Shown piece after piece: positions 1 to 8,935 of a DNA stretch of 64,000 bases. Numbering within the stretch: position 1 is the stretch's first letter; every line of letters starts with the position of its first letter. The DNA lies in the IMG/VR virus record IMGVR_UViG_3300031951_000001, positions 62,001 through 126,000 of that record; one strand, given 5' to 3'. Both the position numbers and the translations under genes were made by a program. Under the pieces are notes generated by a model that worked only from the letters and a program-made list of their open reading frames with translations, had not been told where the DNA came from and made no database searches.

Positions 1-103
1 TGGAGAATATTTCTTATCTTTAATAAAACCAACCGAATGGAAACAAGAATTCATTGGTGAGTTTGAACTTGATTCAGATAATAAATGGAAAAAAATATAA
101 ATT

Positions 104-289
104 ATGGAAAATCTATTATTAAAATCAGAACCAGTGGACGCACCTTCTTTTACATTTAGTCTAGAAGAAAAGACAATCATTGTTATTGACTCAAAAGGAT
201 TTAGTTATAAAGGAGAGTTAATTGAAGATGCCGGAGAAGTGTATAATTTATTTAAAAGTTTTTTGGAACAATCATTAAATAACTACTAA
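104..289 (+). CDS. hypothetical protein
   Basis: 61-aa ORF in a tightly packed + strand run; no motif recognised. Confidence 0.55.
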   Translation: MENLLLKSEPVDAPSFTFSLEEKTIIVIDSKGFSYKGELIEDAGEVYNLFKSFLEQSLNNY

Positions 290-300
290 AAATAAAACCA

Positions 301-528
301 ATGGCACGCTATAGAGTATTAGAAATCACAGATAAGTTAATTTATAACGGAAGACCATATTGGGTTATTGAAAAAAAAATACTAGGTCTATGGTGGACTC
401 AGTATTTTGAAGAACATTCAGAGTGGGGAGCAACCTATTATGAAAAAGATAAGGCGATGACCTGGTATGAATATCACTGCGATAATGACTCAAGAATAAA
501 AACCAAAGTAATTGCTCAAAACAAATGA
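301..528 (+). CDS. hypothetical protein
   Basis: 75-aa ORF with A-rich upstream region; ATGA overlap with next gene. Confidence 0.6.
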   Translation: MARYRVLEITDKLIYNGRPYWVIEKKILGLWWTQYFEEHSEWGATYYEKDKAMTWYEYHCDNDSRIKTKVIAQNK

Positions 529-857
529 TGGAAGACCTCAAACATAGATGGGAACAAATTGACGAGGACGATTATGTTGCCAAATATCGTGATATGATGC
601 TCCGAGTTGAAAAGATGGAGGAGCAACAATGGTGGTGGGCGGTTTATAGAGGAAAAGAAGAACTATGTCCCGAGAAACCATTTGCGAGAAAGAAAGATTA
701 TGCGATGAAGATGGCAGAGGAATGTGCCGAGGAAAACATTGAACCATATGTTTCAGATGATTTTCAGATTGGACCGGATGGTGCGTTTGAATATACTGAC
801 GATGAAATATCAGAGTGGGACGGAACATTAATGGACGGACTTGAAGAAGAGGAATAA
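525..857 (+). CDS. hypothetical protein with acidic C-terminus
   Basis: 110-aa ORF coupled to the upstream gene. Confidence 0.6.
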   Translation: MMEDLKHRWEQIDEDDYVAKYRDMMLRVEKMEEQQWWWAVYRGKEELCPEKPFARKKDYAMKMAEECAEENIEPYVSDDFQIGPDGAFEYTDDEISEWDGTLMDGLEEEE

Positions 858-1998
858 GAATATTATTTGGTTAATAATTCTCACATTAAGTGGATTGGTG
901 TCGCTCGCCCAATGTCCTAACGCAAATTTTGAATTTGGTACCTTTACTAACTGGACTGGTAAGAGAGGAACTTGTTGTCCGATTAATCTACCATTTGTAG
1001 GTATATTGGCAGGTAGACAAACAATTGTAAGTGCCGGACTTGACCCCCATTCTTGTGGGGGACTAAACAGAGTATATCAAGGTAATTTTTCGGCAAGATT
1101 GGGTAATGACCAAAACAATTCAAGAGCCGAAGGGTTGTATTATACATTTACCGTAAGCCCCGCAACAACGTTAGTTCAGTATGCTTATGCTGTTGTTTTA
1201 CAAGACCCTGGACATAATGACGGAGCTCAACCAAGATTCCAATCAAGGGTTAGATTATCTAATGGTAGTATTATACCTTGCACAGAATATGTTGTAACTG
1301 CGGGACCTAACCTTCCTGGTTATAATTATTGTATGGAAAATGATATTTTTGGAAATCCAGTACAGGTTGCTTATAGTGATTGGAGGGTTATTTCAATTGA
1401 TTTATCTTCTTATGTTGGACAAAGTGTTACACTTGAATTTGAGACAGGTGATTGTGATTTAGGTGCTCACTATGGTTACGCATATATTGACGCAATATCT
1501 TGTGGACCAATTGAGACAGAAATTTATTATTGTCAAGCAAGTGACTCTATTTTGATTGAGGGACCTGAAGGTTTTGCAACATATGAGTGGGTTGAAACTG
1601 GTGACACAACAAGGGTTATAACAATTCCCCCATTAGTTTATGATACGTTAAATTTAAATGTTACAACTGTTACTGGATGTGAATTAACTCTCCAAATTAT
1701 TTTGGACCCAATTCCACTTCTTGCAAATATTATTTGTGAGGATGTTTGTTTTCCTGATTCTAATAATTTTATTAATCTTACTCCTACCATAGAAGGATAT
1801 AATGTAAAATTTTTATGGGATTTTGACGACGGAAATATATCTGATGATATATCACCAACTCACCAGTACTTGTCACCAGGTGTTTATAATGTAACAATGA
1901 CCGCAAATGTATTAAATACAAACTGCACGGATATTGTAAATTGCGAGGTTGAGGTCTTCGATATTCCTGTAATTCCTGGAATTATTAGTCACGATTAG
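841..1998 (+). CDS. secreted Bacteroidota-type surface protein with C-terminal PKD domain
   Basis: Signal peptide ending SLA-Q; N-domain motifs SARLGN and YAVVLQDPGH; PKD motif FLWDFDDG..PTHQYLSPGVYNVTMT; ends IPVIPGIISHD. Confidence 0.75.
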   Translation: MKKRNKNIIWLIILTLSGLVSLAQCPNANFEFGTFTNWTGKRGTCCPINLPFVGILAGRQTIVSAGLDPHSCGGLNRVYQGNFSARLGNDQNNSRAEGLYYTFTVSPATTLVQYAYAVVLQDPGHNDGAQPRFQSRVRLSNGSIIPCTEYVVTAGPNLPGYNYCMENDIFGNPVQVAYSDWRVISIDLSSYVGQSVTLEFETGDCDLGAHYGYAYIDAISCGPIETEIYYCQASDSILIEGPEGFATYEWVETGDTTRVITIPPLVYDTLNLNVTTVTGCELTLQIILDPIPLLANIICEDVCFPDSNNFINLTPTIEGYNVKFLWDFDDGNISDDISPTHQYLSPGVYNVTMTANVLNTNCTDIVNCEVEVFDIPVIPGIISHD

Positions 1999-2046
1999 TC
2001 TTTTTCAAGATATTTATAGTAGAATAAACTCTAACTATTCTTTACT

Positions 2047-2604
2047 ATGAAAAAACTTATTCTATTTTTTTTGGTTCTACTTCCAGTAACATTACTGGCT
2101 CAATTTACAACTATTAATCCTGATACGGTTTGTATTAACTCTCCGTTTGCAACTTATCAGGTTCCAAATACTCCAAACTATACTTACAATTGGACTGTTT
2201 CAGCACCTGGTGTTTTAACTGCAGGTCAAGGAACAAACGAGATTACCGTTGATTGGTCGGCAGCACCTGCTGGCGGTCCTATAGTAGATGCGATTAGTGT
2301 TTATGCAACAACGCCGGCAGGTTGTGACGGACCTCCGATTACAATGAATGTTTTTATTTTGGAAATATTACCAATTGTTCTACCACTTGATTTTTGTGAA
2401 GGTGACCCTTGTGAAGATTTGGTGGCAACACCAGCTGGTGGAGTATTCACAGGACCAAATATTGTTAACGGTCAGTATTGTCCGCAAACTGCGGGAACTG
2501 AAACGGTGACTTACACCATAACTGAGGCGGGATGCACATTTACTGCGACAGCTGATATGACCGTCTATCCAATTCCTGTCTTGGACAACATTTCTCATGA
2601 CTAA
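2047..2604 (+). CDS. secreted Ig/PKD-like repeat protein
   Basis: Signal peptide ending LLA-Q; YNWTV..GQGTNEITVDW; ATPAGGVFTGP; ends IPVLDNISHD. Confidence 0.7.
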   Translation: MKKLILFFLVLLPVTLLAQFTTINPDTVCINSPFATYQVPNTPNYTYNWTVSAPGVLTAGQGTNEITVDWSAAPAGGPIVDAISVYATTPAGCDGPPITMNVFILEILPIVLPLDFCEGDPCEDLVATPAGGVFTGPNIVNGQYCPQTAGTETVTYTITEAGCTFTATADMTVYPIPVLDNISHD

Positions 2605-2606
2605 TA

Positions 2607-3179
2607 ATGAAACAAATAAAAACACTTTTGTTGTTTTTGTTGGTCATGATTGTTTCAGGACAAGACCAAAAGATAGACATATGCGAAGACGAATCTAAAA
2701 CAGAATATACGTATTCGATAGAGTCTAATACACCAAATACAACATTTTATTGGTACGTAGATGGTATCTATCATTTTGGACAAACCCTGACCGTCAATTG
2801 GGAAACTTATTCTCCTGGAGTCCATACAATTAAAGTTTATGGAAAAAGTGATGGATGTAGGTCAAACCCGATGGAGTTTAAAGTTTTCATTGGGGAATGT
2901 TCTTCAATCTATATTCCAAATGCTTTTACTCCAAACGATGATGGGTTTAACGATACTTGGTTTCCCCAAGGAACAGGATGGGAAAGTATAGAAGTATTAG
3001 TATTTGACAGATGGGGGGTACTTGTATTTAAGTCAGTTGACCCAAAAGGACAATGGATTGGTAACTTTAGAGGTGGAGAATATTACGTTCAAAATGATGT
3101 CTACGAATATAAGGTTACTTGGAAGGGTATTGACCGAGAACCTGAAATAATTTTTGGTCATGTTACAGTTGTTAGGTAA
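2607..3179 (+). CDS. secreted protein with gliding-motility-associated (T9SS type B) C-terminal domain
   Basis: Signal peptide; IYIPNAFTPNDDGFND..VFDRWG..W.G..VY.Y..GHVTVVR signature. Confidence 0.85.
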   Translation: MKQIKTLLLFLLVMIVSGQDQKIDICEDESKTEYTYSIESNTPNTTFYWYVDGIYHFGQTLTVNWETYSPGVHTIKVYGKSDGCRSNPMEFKVFIGECSSIYIPNAFTPNDDGFNDTWFPQGTGWESIEVLVFDRWGVLVFKSVDPKGQWIGNFRGGEYYVQNDVYEYKVTWKGIDREPEIIFGHVTVVR

Positions 3180-3234
3180 AAACATTTGATTTTTCATATT
3201 TGATTTAGTATGTTTATGTCAAATTAATAATTAT

Positions 3235-3468
3235 ATGTCATTACAGAAACTAGTATTTAACACAACAGACAAAACCGCTCGAGTTTTTTCAGCATCAATT
3301 CCGGATGAAGTAGTATTTCATTACGAAAACATATCAACCGTAAAACCTTTGGACGGTTACTATGAAATAATGCAGAGAGTTGATAGCTCAACCGCACCAT
3401 CAGGGTATTCAGCAATTCCCGTATTACGAGTACCGATTGTTAATACAAACATGGTTATTGAGAAATGA
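3235..3468 (+). CDS. hypothetical protein
   Basis: 77-aa ORF coupled to the next gene. Confidence 0.6.
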   Translation: MSLQKLVFNTTDKTARVFSASIPDEVVFHYENISTVKPLDGYYEIMQRVDSSTAPSGYSAIPVLRVPIVNTNMVIEK

Positions 3469-3986
3469 AATATAAAATCATTGTGAGTGGACGTGGCGCA
3501 GAATGCTACGTCCATTCTATTGACGAAAATCAAAAGTCGAAATTGTTTGAGTGTGATGTCGAGAATGACAATTGCGAACACGAAGAAATTATTGAAATAT
3601 TAAATAAAAATGATATCTTCGAAACCGATAATATCTATCTCGGTCCTTACAATGACCCCGAAAATTTTATAATCGAAGTATTCAACGAAAATGAGGTTAA
3701 AGTATGGTCATCAGAAAATGACCATGAATTCAAAGAAGACGAGTACGAGTTTATAATCGGAAAAGAAAATTACCTTATTGTAGAAGATTACACAAAAGGA
3801 CAATTCTTCAATTATGAGATTGAACTTGATGAAGAATTCGATTCTGATAAATTAAAGCCGGTAATTACTGAAGTTATCGATGGGATTGAAATAATCACCA
3901 AAATTAGATATGGTGAAATTGATTTGGAAGTATTTAAAGAATATGGTGATTACTGGAGTAAAGGTATCACATATTATTTATCATGA
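3465..3986 (+). CDS. hypothetical acidic protein
   Basis: 173-aa ORF. Confidence 0.65.
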   Translation: MKYKIIVSGRGAECYVHSIDENQKSKLFECDVENDNCEHEEIIEILNKNDIFETDNIYLGPYNDPENFIIEVFNENEVKVWSSENDHEFKEDEYEFIIGKENYLIVEDYTKGQFFNYEIELDEEFDSDKLKPVITEVIDGIEIITKIRYGEIDLEVFKEYGDYWSKGITYYLS

Positions 3987-4049
3987 GAAAAATACCATTC
4001 TATTTTTATCACATAACAAATATTATTTTAACTAAAATATTTAATATTT

Positions 4050-4868
4050 TTACGCGACGTTAATCTCAAAGTTATCAACTTTGGCAACCGCGTTAGCTCT
4101 ATGTGAGCTAGTACCTCCTCCCGCATTTATATCGGCAAAATATTCCGCAGCCTCTTTTTTGTCTGTAAAGTTTGGGAAAGTTGATGCGGATTTACCTTTA
4201 GTAAAAAATGCGATTGCGATTTTTGCTGCGATTTCAGGGTCATTAACTAAATCTGGATTTTTAACTAACTCATCACCCATACCAATCATTCTACTATATT
4301 TTTCATAATTTTTAATACCGGTTAGTTGGTTGAACCCTCTACCTCTATACGTGAAACCATCGTCTCCACCTTGATTACCAACTGTTTTAGCGTAAACTAC
4401 ATTGAAAAATTTTCTCATATCACTTTTTAATGCGTTTAATTCACTATCACTATATCCGGCCACTCTTTTACCGAATATTTTTCTAATTCTACTATTGGCC
4501 GTGGTTGCGTATGAAACCTCACTTTTAGGTTTGAAATTACATTCCTTATTAATAACTGATAAAATACCTACTTGAGTATAGGGGTTTGTTATACCCGCCT
4601 CATTCATTTTATCTATTAAAAAATTTATATTTTTTTGTTGTTCAGAATCAAAATTACCAACAATTTTCACATCACCGTTTACAGGTGAACTTTTAGTGGT
4701 GCCTGTTTCCGATGGTTTTTCTTCTGATGAGCTTGGGGTTTTGGAGGGTTTCTCAAACATTTTCTTTATTGATAAAGCAAGTGCCTTTTCAATAAAAGAT
4801 TGCTCATTTATATTGTGTAGTTTTTTTATATGACTTTTTTCTTCTTCGGTAATTAATAATTTTCTCAT
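4050..4868 (-). CDS. glycoside hydrolase family 19 (chitinase/lysozyme-like) lytic enzyme
   Basis: DGFTYRGRGFNQLTGIKNY and NPDLV..P..AA motifs; N-terminal leader MRKLLITEEEKSHIKKLH. Confidence 0.8.
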   Translation of the reverse strand: MRKLLITEEEKSHIKKLHNINEQSFIEKALALSIKKMFEKPSKTPSSSEEKPSETGTTKSSPVNGDVKIVGNFDSEQQKNINFLIDKMNEAGITNPYTQVGILSVINKECNFKPKSEVSYATTANSRIRKIFGKRVAGYSDSELNALKSDMRKFFNVVYAKTVGNQGGDDGFTYRGRGFNQLTGIKNYEKYSRMIGMGDELVKNPDLVNDPEIAAKIAIAFFTKGKSASTFPNFTDKKEAAEYFADINAGGGTSSHRANAVAKVDNFEINVA

Positions 4869-4914
4869 TACAACCTTTTTATTATAAATATATTTATAGT
4901 GATAAAGTGATACA

Positions 4915-5304
4915 ATGAAAGTTACGGTAGTGCATCAGGATAAAGACAGAGCCTCAAGAAATAAAGAGGTGTGCGATAGATTTATAAAGTTTTTATTTTC
5001 ACAATATCCTCTAAAACATGACTTAAAGATATTTTTCCTTAAAAATCGTATAGGTGAAATGAGTACCGGCTCCAGAAGTGAAAATCACGTTATTAAAGTT
5101 CTGACCAAAAATAGAATCAATAGAGATATTCTTCGCACATTGGCACACGAGTGGGTACATGAATATCAGATGGATATTATGAAAAGGGAAAGAGGTCAAG
5201 ATATTGGTGGTAAGAATGAAAATGAAGCTAACGCTCTATCCGGCTCATTAATAAAAAAGTTCGAGAAAAAATTCCCGAACTTTGAAGATACGATGTATGA
5301 ATAG
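4915..5304 (+). CDS. HExxH zincin-like metalloprotein
   Basis: LRTLAHEWVHEYQ..ENEANA. Confidence 0.65.
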   Translation: MKVTVVHQDKDRASRNKEVCDRFIKFLFSQYPLKHDLKIFFLKNRIGEMSTGSRSENHVIKVLTKNRINRDILRTLAHEWVHEYQMDIMKRERGQDIGGKNENEANALSGSLIKKFEKKFPNFEDTMYE

Positions 5305-5308
5305 AATG

Positions 5309-5734
5309 TTAGTCGATACTAACAACTTCTAAATCAAAAATCAATTTTTTACCCGCCAAAGGATGATTAGCATCAATTTTAACGGTAGATTCATTAATTT
5401 CAACAATACGAACATTAATTGGTCCATTTGGACCCATTCCCTGCAGCATATCACCAACTGAAACATTTTCCGGAACCTGCTCTTTTGCAATTTCACTAAC
5501 CAACATTTCGTTTACATCACCATAAGCATCCTCACAAGGAATTTCAATGGTTCTTTTTTCGCCAATTGTCATACCAATCAAACCGCTTTCAAAACCTTTG
5601 ATTAGTTGTCCTTGACCTAATTTAGCTTTCAATGGCTCACGACCTTCAGTAAGTGAAGTATCGAAAACTGAACCATCTTCCAATCGACCGGTGTAGTTAA
5701 CCGATACTGAATCTGAATCTTGTATTGTTTTCAT
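5309..5734 (-). CDS. FKBP-type peptidyl-prolyl isomerase (SlyD/FkpB-like, no His-rich tail)
   Basis: VNYTGRLEDGSVFDTS, GQLIKGFE, DANHPLAGKKLIFDLEV. Confidence 0.92.
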   Translation of the reverse strand: MKTIQDSDSVSVNYTGRLEDGSVFDTSLTEGREPLKAKLGQGQLIKGFESGLIGMTIGEKRTIEIPCEDAYGDVNEMLVSEIAKEQVPENVSVGDMLQGMGPNGPINVRIVEINESTVKIDANHPLAGKKLIFDLEVVSID

Positions 5735-5891
5735 ATTGTATTTTTTTAAATAATAAGGTATTTTTTATATTAAACAAACTTTTTATTTGAAATTTTTTAA
5801 TAAAAAAAACTTGTGTGATGACTAAATCGTAGTATATTTGTAAAAATAACATATTTATAATATATAATAATTTTCTAATTCATTTGGGGGA

Positions 5892-6071
5892 ATGACAAGC
5901 GAAAAAATAATGGAAGAAATGTTTCATATTGCCTACAGACACGGTCTTATGAACGAATTACATGAAAGAGCAGGACAAATTCAAAAAGAATATAGTGCTC
6001 CTATTACAACCGCAGTACCACTTGCTTTTCAAGCTATGAGAAAAGAGGGGTTACTTCAGGATGAAGAGTAA
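5892..6071 (+). CDS. small hypothetical protein (59 aa, not in ORF track)
   Basis: MTSEKIMEEMFHIAYRHG..LLQDEE translated by hand; TATATTTG and TATTTAT motifs upstream. Confidence 0.5.
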   Translation: MTSEKIMEEMFHIAYRHGLMNELHERAGQIQKEYSAPITTAVPLAFQAMRKEGLLQDEE

Positions 6072-6346
6072 TTTTCGAGTAAATCATAGGATGATTGAAT
6101 AATCAGTCGTTCTCCGTCAAATCCGGTGTATTTCCAGCATTCTTCAATGACATAATCTAATGAAGTAATTTGAGATTCCTCAAATAATTTAATGTCTGAT
6201 AGATACAACTTACAATCAACCATATAAGATTTTTTGGTTGTACAGTATTTTACGGATAAGACATCAACAATACTGTCTTTACCAAACAATAGCTCAATAT
6301 CTTTGTAGTAAAGATAGTTTAAAAGTATAATGAGGCACCCTTTCAT
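6056..6346 (-). CDS. hypothetical protein
   Basis: 96-aa ORF. Confidence 0.55.
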   Translation of the reverse strand: MKGCLIILLNYLYYKDIELLFGKDSIVDVLSVKYCTTKKSYMVDCKLYLSDIKLFEESQITSLDYVIEECWKYTGFDGERLIIQSSYDLLENYSSS

Positions 6347-6395
6347 CTTTTTTTATAATTATAATAGTAAATAAACCTAACTTAAACAAAAAATA

Positions 6396-6638
6396 ATGAT
6401 AGAATCCACTATTACTCTATTAAAAAAACTTGACAAACGTAAAAAAATTGAAAAAGACTTCGAATGGGTGGTAAAAATCGTGTCATCTAGTGAAAATTTT
6501 AACCATATTGTGATTAGTAATAGGCTTTTTGAGGCTTTTACTCACAAATGGAGAAATCATATGACTGAAAACCAATTAAAGGAGTATAGTTTTACATTTG
6601 AACAAGAAAAAATGATAACAATAGGACATTTTTTGTAG
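6396..6638 (+). CDS. hypothetical protein
   Basis: 80-aa ORF with A-rich upstream region. Confidence 0.55.
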   Translation: MIESTITLLKKLDKRKKIEKDFEWVVKIVSSSENFNHIVISNRLFEAFTHKWRNHMTENQLKEYSFTFEQEKMITIGHFL

Positions 6639-6697
6639 AAAAAGTTGATTTTTAAGTGTTTTAGGACTATTTTTCTCAAAATTACAATATTTATCAA

Positions 6698-6765
6698 AAC
6701 TATCACTCTCATCAGAGAGCCTATATATAGAAAAAGGGACTTAATTTTTGTTAAGTCCCTTTTTT
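6698..6765 (+). ncRNA. candidate small RNA
   Basis: TATTTAT at 6688-6694, hairpin CTCTC-ATCA-GAGAG, then terminator GGGACTTAA/TTAAGTCCC plus T-run; no ATG in between. Confidence 0.35.
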
Positions 6766-6794
6766 CATTAAAAAACTTGCCTTATCTTTGTAAC

Positions 6795-7034
6795 ATGAAA
6801 GCAAAACTAACATTTGATTTAGATGACATCGATGATAAGATGGCTCACGAGCGTTGTGTTAAGTCAACCGACATGGCATTAGTTCTTTGGGAGATTATGA
6901 CCAATTCATACCGTGGTTTAACCAACGGATATGACGAAGATGACTCATATCACAAAGGAGTTGATGCGGTTTATGAAAAACTTCGTGAATTGATGGAAGA
7001 ACATGACATAAATCCACATAATTTAATACGATGA
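6795..7034 (+). CDS. hypothetical protein
   Basis: Start reassigned to the ATG 4 nt after TATCTTTG; begins MKAKLTFDL. Confidence 0.65.
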   Translation: MKAKLTFDLDDIDDKMAHERCVKSTDMALVLWEIMTNSYRGLTNGYDEDDSYHKGVDAVYEKLRELMEEHDINPHNLIR

Positions 7035-7079
7035 GAAAATTTTGGAATAAATTAGTTAAATTTTTTAAAACAGTATCAG

Positions 7080-7625
7080 ATGGTATCGATGAAACACAGT
7101 ATAAAAATGGTTGGGGAAAGCTTTAAAGACATAAAATACGCTGTTAAGCGATTTATTCGAAAAATTAAGAACGTTTTTCGATGGCTTCCCACAATTTGGA
7201 AGGATGAGGACTATGATAGTCACTTCATTAATGAAATATTAATCAAAAAACTCGAACATACCCGAGATTTCTTCTTGTCTGATAATACTCACATCCTTAA
7301 TGCTAAAGAGGTTGCTGCCGAAATTCAGGAGGCAATTGACCGTCTTCACATGACCCGTGATAGTTGGGAGTTTTATGAAGACCCGGCCATGGAGGAGATT
7401 CAGAAGAAGTGGGGGAAGAGTACATTCAATTGGATTCCGACAAATGATGGTACCGGCTCAATGTTTATGGAGATTGAACATGAGAATGTAAAAACTCCCG
7501 AGGATGAGGAACAATACTCAACCGAGTTTAGAGCCACAATGAAACAAGCTCGTAAGGATTATAGAAAAGATAAAAAAGAAGCGTATAAATTCATCGCGAA
7601 GAATATTGATAAATGGTGGGATTAA
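7080..7625 (+). CDS. hypothetical protein
   Basis: 181-aa ORF ending WWD; start uncertain. Confidence 0.65.
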   Translation: MVSMKHSIKMVGESFKDIKYAVKRFIRKIKNVFRWLPTIWKDEDYDSHFINEILIKKLEHTRDFFLSDNTHILNAKEVAAEIQEAIDRLHMTRDSWEFYEDPAMEEIQKKWGKSTFNWIPTNDGTGSMFMEIEHENVKTPEDEEQYSTEFRATMKQARKDYRKDKKEAYKFIAKNIDKWWD

Positions 7626-7636
7626 AAATTAATAAT

Positions 7637-8158
7637 ATGGAATGGTATATTGTAAGAGCACAAGCTAATCGGGAACGTAAAGTTTCAGAACGACTTCTTA
7701 AAGAAGGTGAAAAAGGGGAATTATCTGGAGTATTGGGTAGAGTTGTTGTACCGTTGGAGAAGGTATTTGCCACAAAAAACGGGAAAAAGACACAACGAGA
7801 AAAAGTATTGTTTCCTGGTTATGTATTTGTTGAGACCTCGGCAATTGGGGAACTCAAACAGGTTGTTAAAAAGATTGATGGAGCCACAGGACTATTGTCT
7901 GACAGAGCCGGTAACATCCAAGTTATTCCCGAAAATGAAGTTAGTCGTATGATTGGACTTCACGAAGAGAATAAGGCGAAAGAATTCACCGATATTTTCA
8001 GTATTGGTGATGAAGTTACGGTCGCTGAAGGCCCATTCGCATCATTCAAGGGGAATATTGAACATATTGACAAAGAAAGAGGTAAAATTAAGGTAAATGT
8101 CCTTATTTTTGGTAGACCAACATCAGTTGAACTCGAAGACACACAAATAAGAAAATGA
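7637..8158 (+). CDS. nusG: transcription termination/antitermination factor NusG
   Basis: WYIVRAQANRERKV, FPGYVFVE, KOW motif GDEVTVAEGPFASFKG, IFGRPTSVEL. Confidence 0.93.
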   Translation: MEWYIVRAQANRERKVSERLLKEGEKGELSGVLGRVVVPLEKVFATKNGKKTQREKVLFPGYVFVETSAIGELKQVVKKIDGATGLLSDRAGNIQVIPENEVSRMIGLHEENKAKEFTDIFSIGDEVTVAEGPFASFKGNIEHIDKERGKIKVNVLIFGRPTSVELEDTQIRK

Positions 8159-8841
8159 AGATAACATTCATCAGCGATACTCACAATAAGCACAAACAAA
8201 TACAGGATTTACCTGGCGGTGACTTGCTTATTCACGCTGGTGATATATCAAGTATGGGTCACAAACACGAGATTCAACAATTCTGTAAGTGGTTTGATGG
8301 CTTGACTAATTATTCTGCGGTTGTCTTCATTGCCGGTAATCACGACTTTGGATTTGAGAAACGACCCGAAGAAACTATGGAAATTGTTAATTCATACAAG
8401 TGGATTACATACCTTCAAGACAATCATTTGTCCTTTGGTCCTGATATGGAAACCCTTGTTAAAATTTATGGTAGTCCATGGCAACCTGAGTTTCATAATT
8501 GGGCGTTTAATTTACCAAAGAATGGATGGGAACTTGAGCAGAAGTGGAACGACATTCCTGAGGATACGGACATCTTGATTACTCACGGACCTGCGTTTGG
8601 TATCTTGGATACTGTGGTGGGTCAGTATGATAATCTTGGTTGTGAATTACTAACCAAGCGGATTAAGAAAATTAAACCCAAAATTCATGTCTGCGGACAT
8701 ATACACTCAGGGTATGGTTATGTTTTTGACGGAGATACTCACTTCATAAATGCATCAGTGCTGGATGAACAGTATCAATACACCCAAAAACCTCTAACAG
8801 TAGAGTGGGACCCTGTAACGAATAACTTGGAGTTTATTTAA
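8155..8841 (+). CDS. calcineurin-like metallophosphoesterase
   Basis: SDTH, HAGD, AGNHD, THGP and CGHIH motifs. Confidence 0.9.
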   Translation: MKITFISDTHNKHKQIQDLPGGDLLIHAGDISSMGHKHEIQQFCKWFDGLTNYSAVVFIAGNHDFGFEKRPEETMEIVNSYKWITYLQDNHLSFGPDMETLVKIYGSPWQPEFHNWAFNLPKNGWELEQKWNDIPEDTDILITHGPAFGILDTVVGQYDNLGCELLTKRIKKIKPKIHVCGHIHSGYGYVFDGDTHFINASVLDEQYQYTQKPLTVEWDPVTNNLEFI

Positions 8842-8845
8842 TTTG

Positions 8846-8872
8846 AAACCCCTCAGAAATGAGGGGTTTTTT
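8846..8872 (+). terminator. intrinsic terminator
   Basis: CCCCTCA-GAAA-TGAGGGG followed by T6. Confidence 0.85.
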
Positions 8873-8935
8873 ATTGTCGGTTAATTATAGTAAATCAAAA
8901 AATTTTATAAAGAGTATAATGATATTTATCAATAT

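Noticed and set aside
6645-6794. N-terminal extension of the 6645-7034 ORF
   Set aside because: Spans a terminator and a promoter; the ATG at 6795 is the better start.
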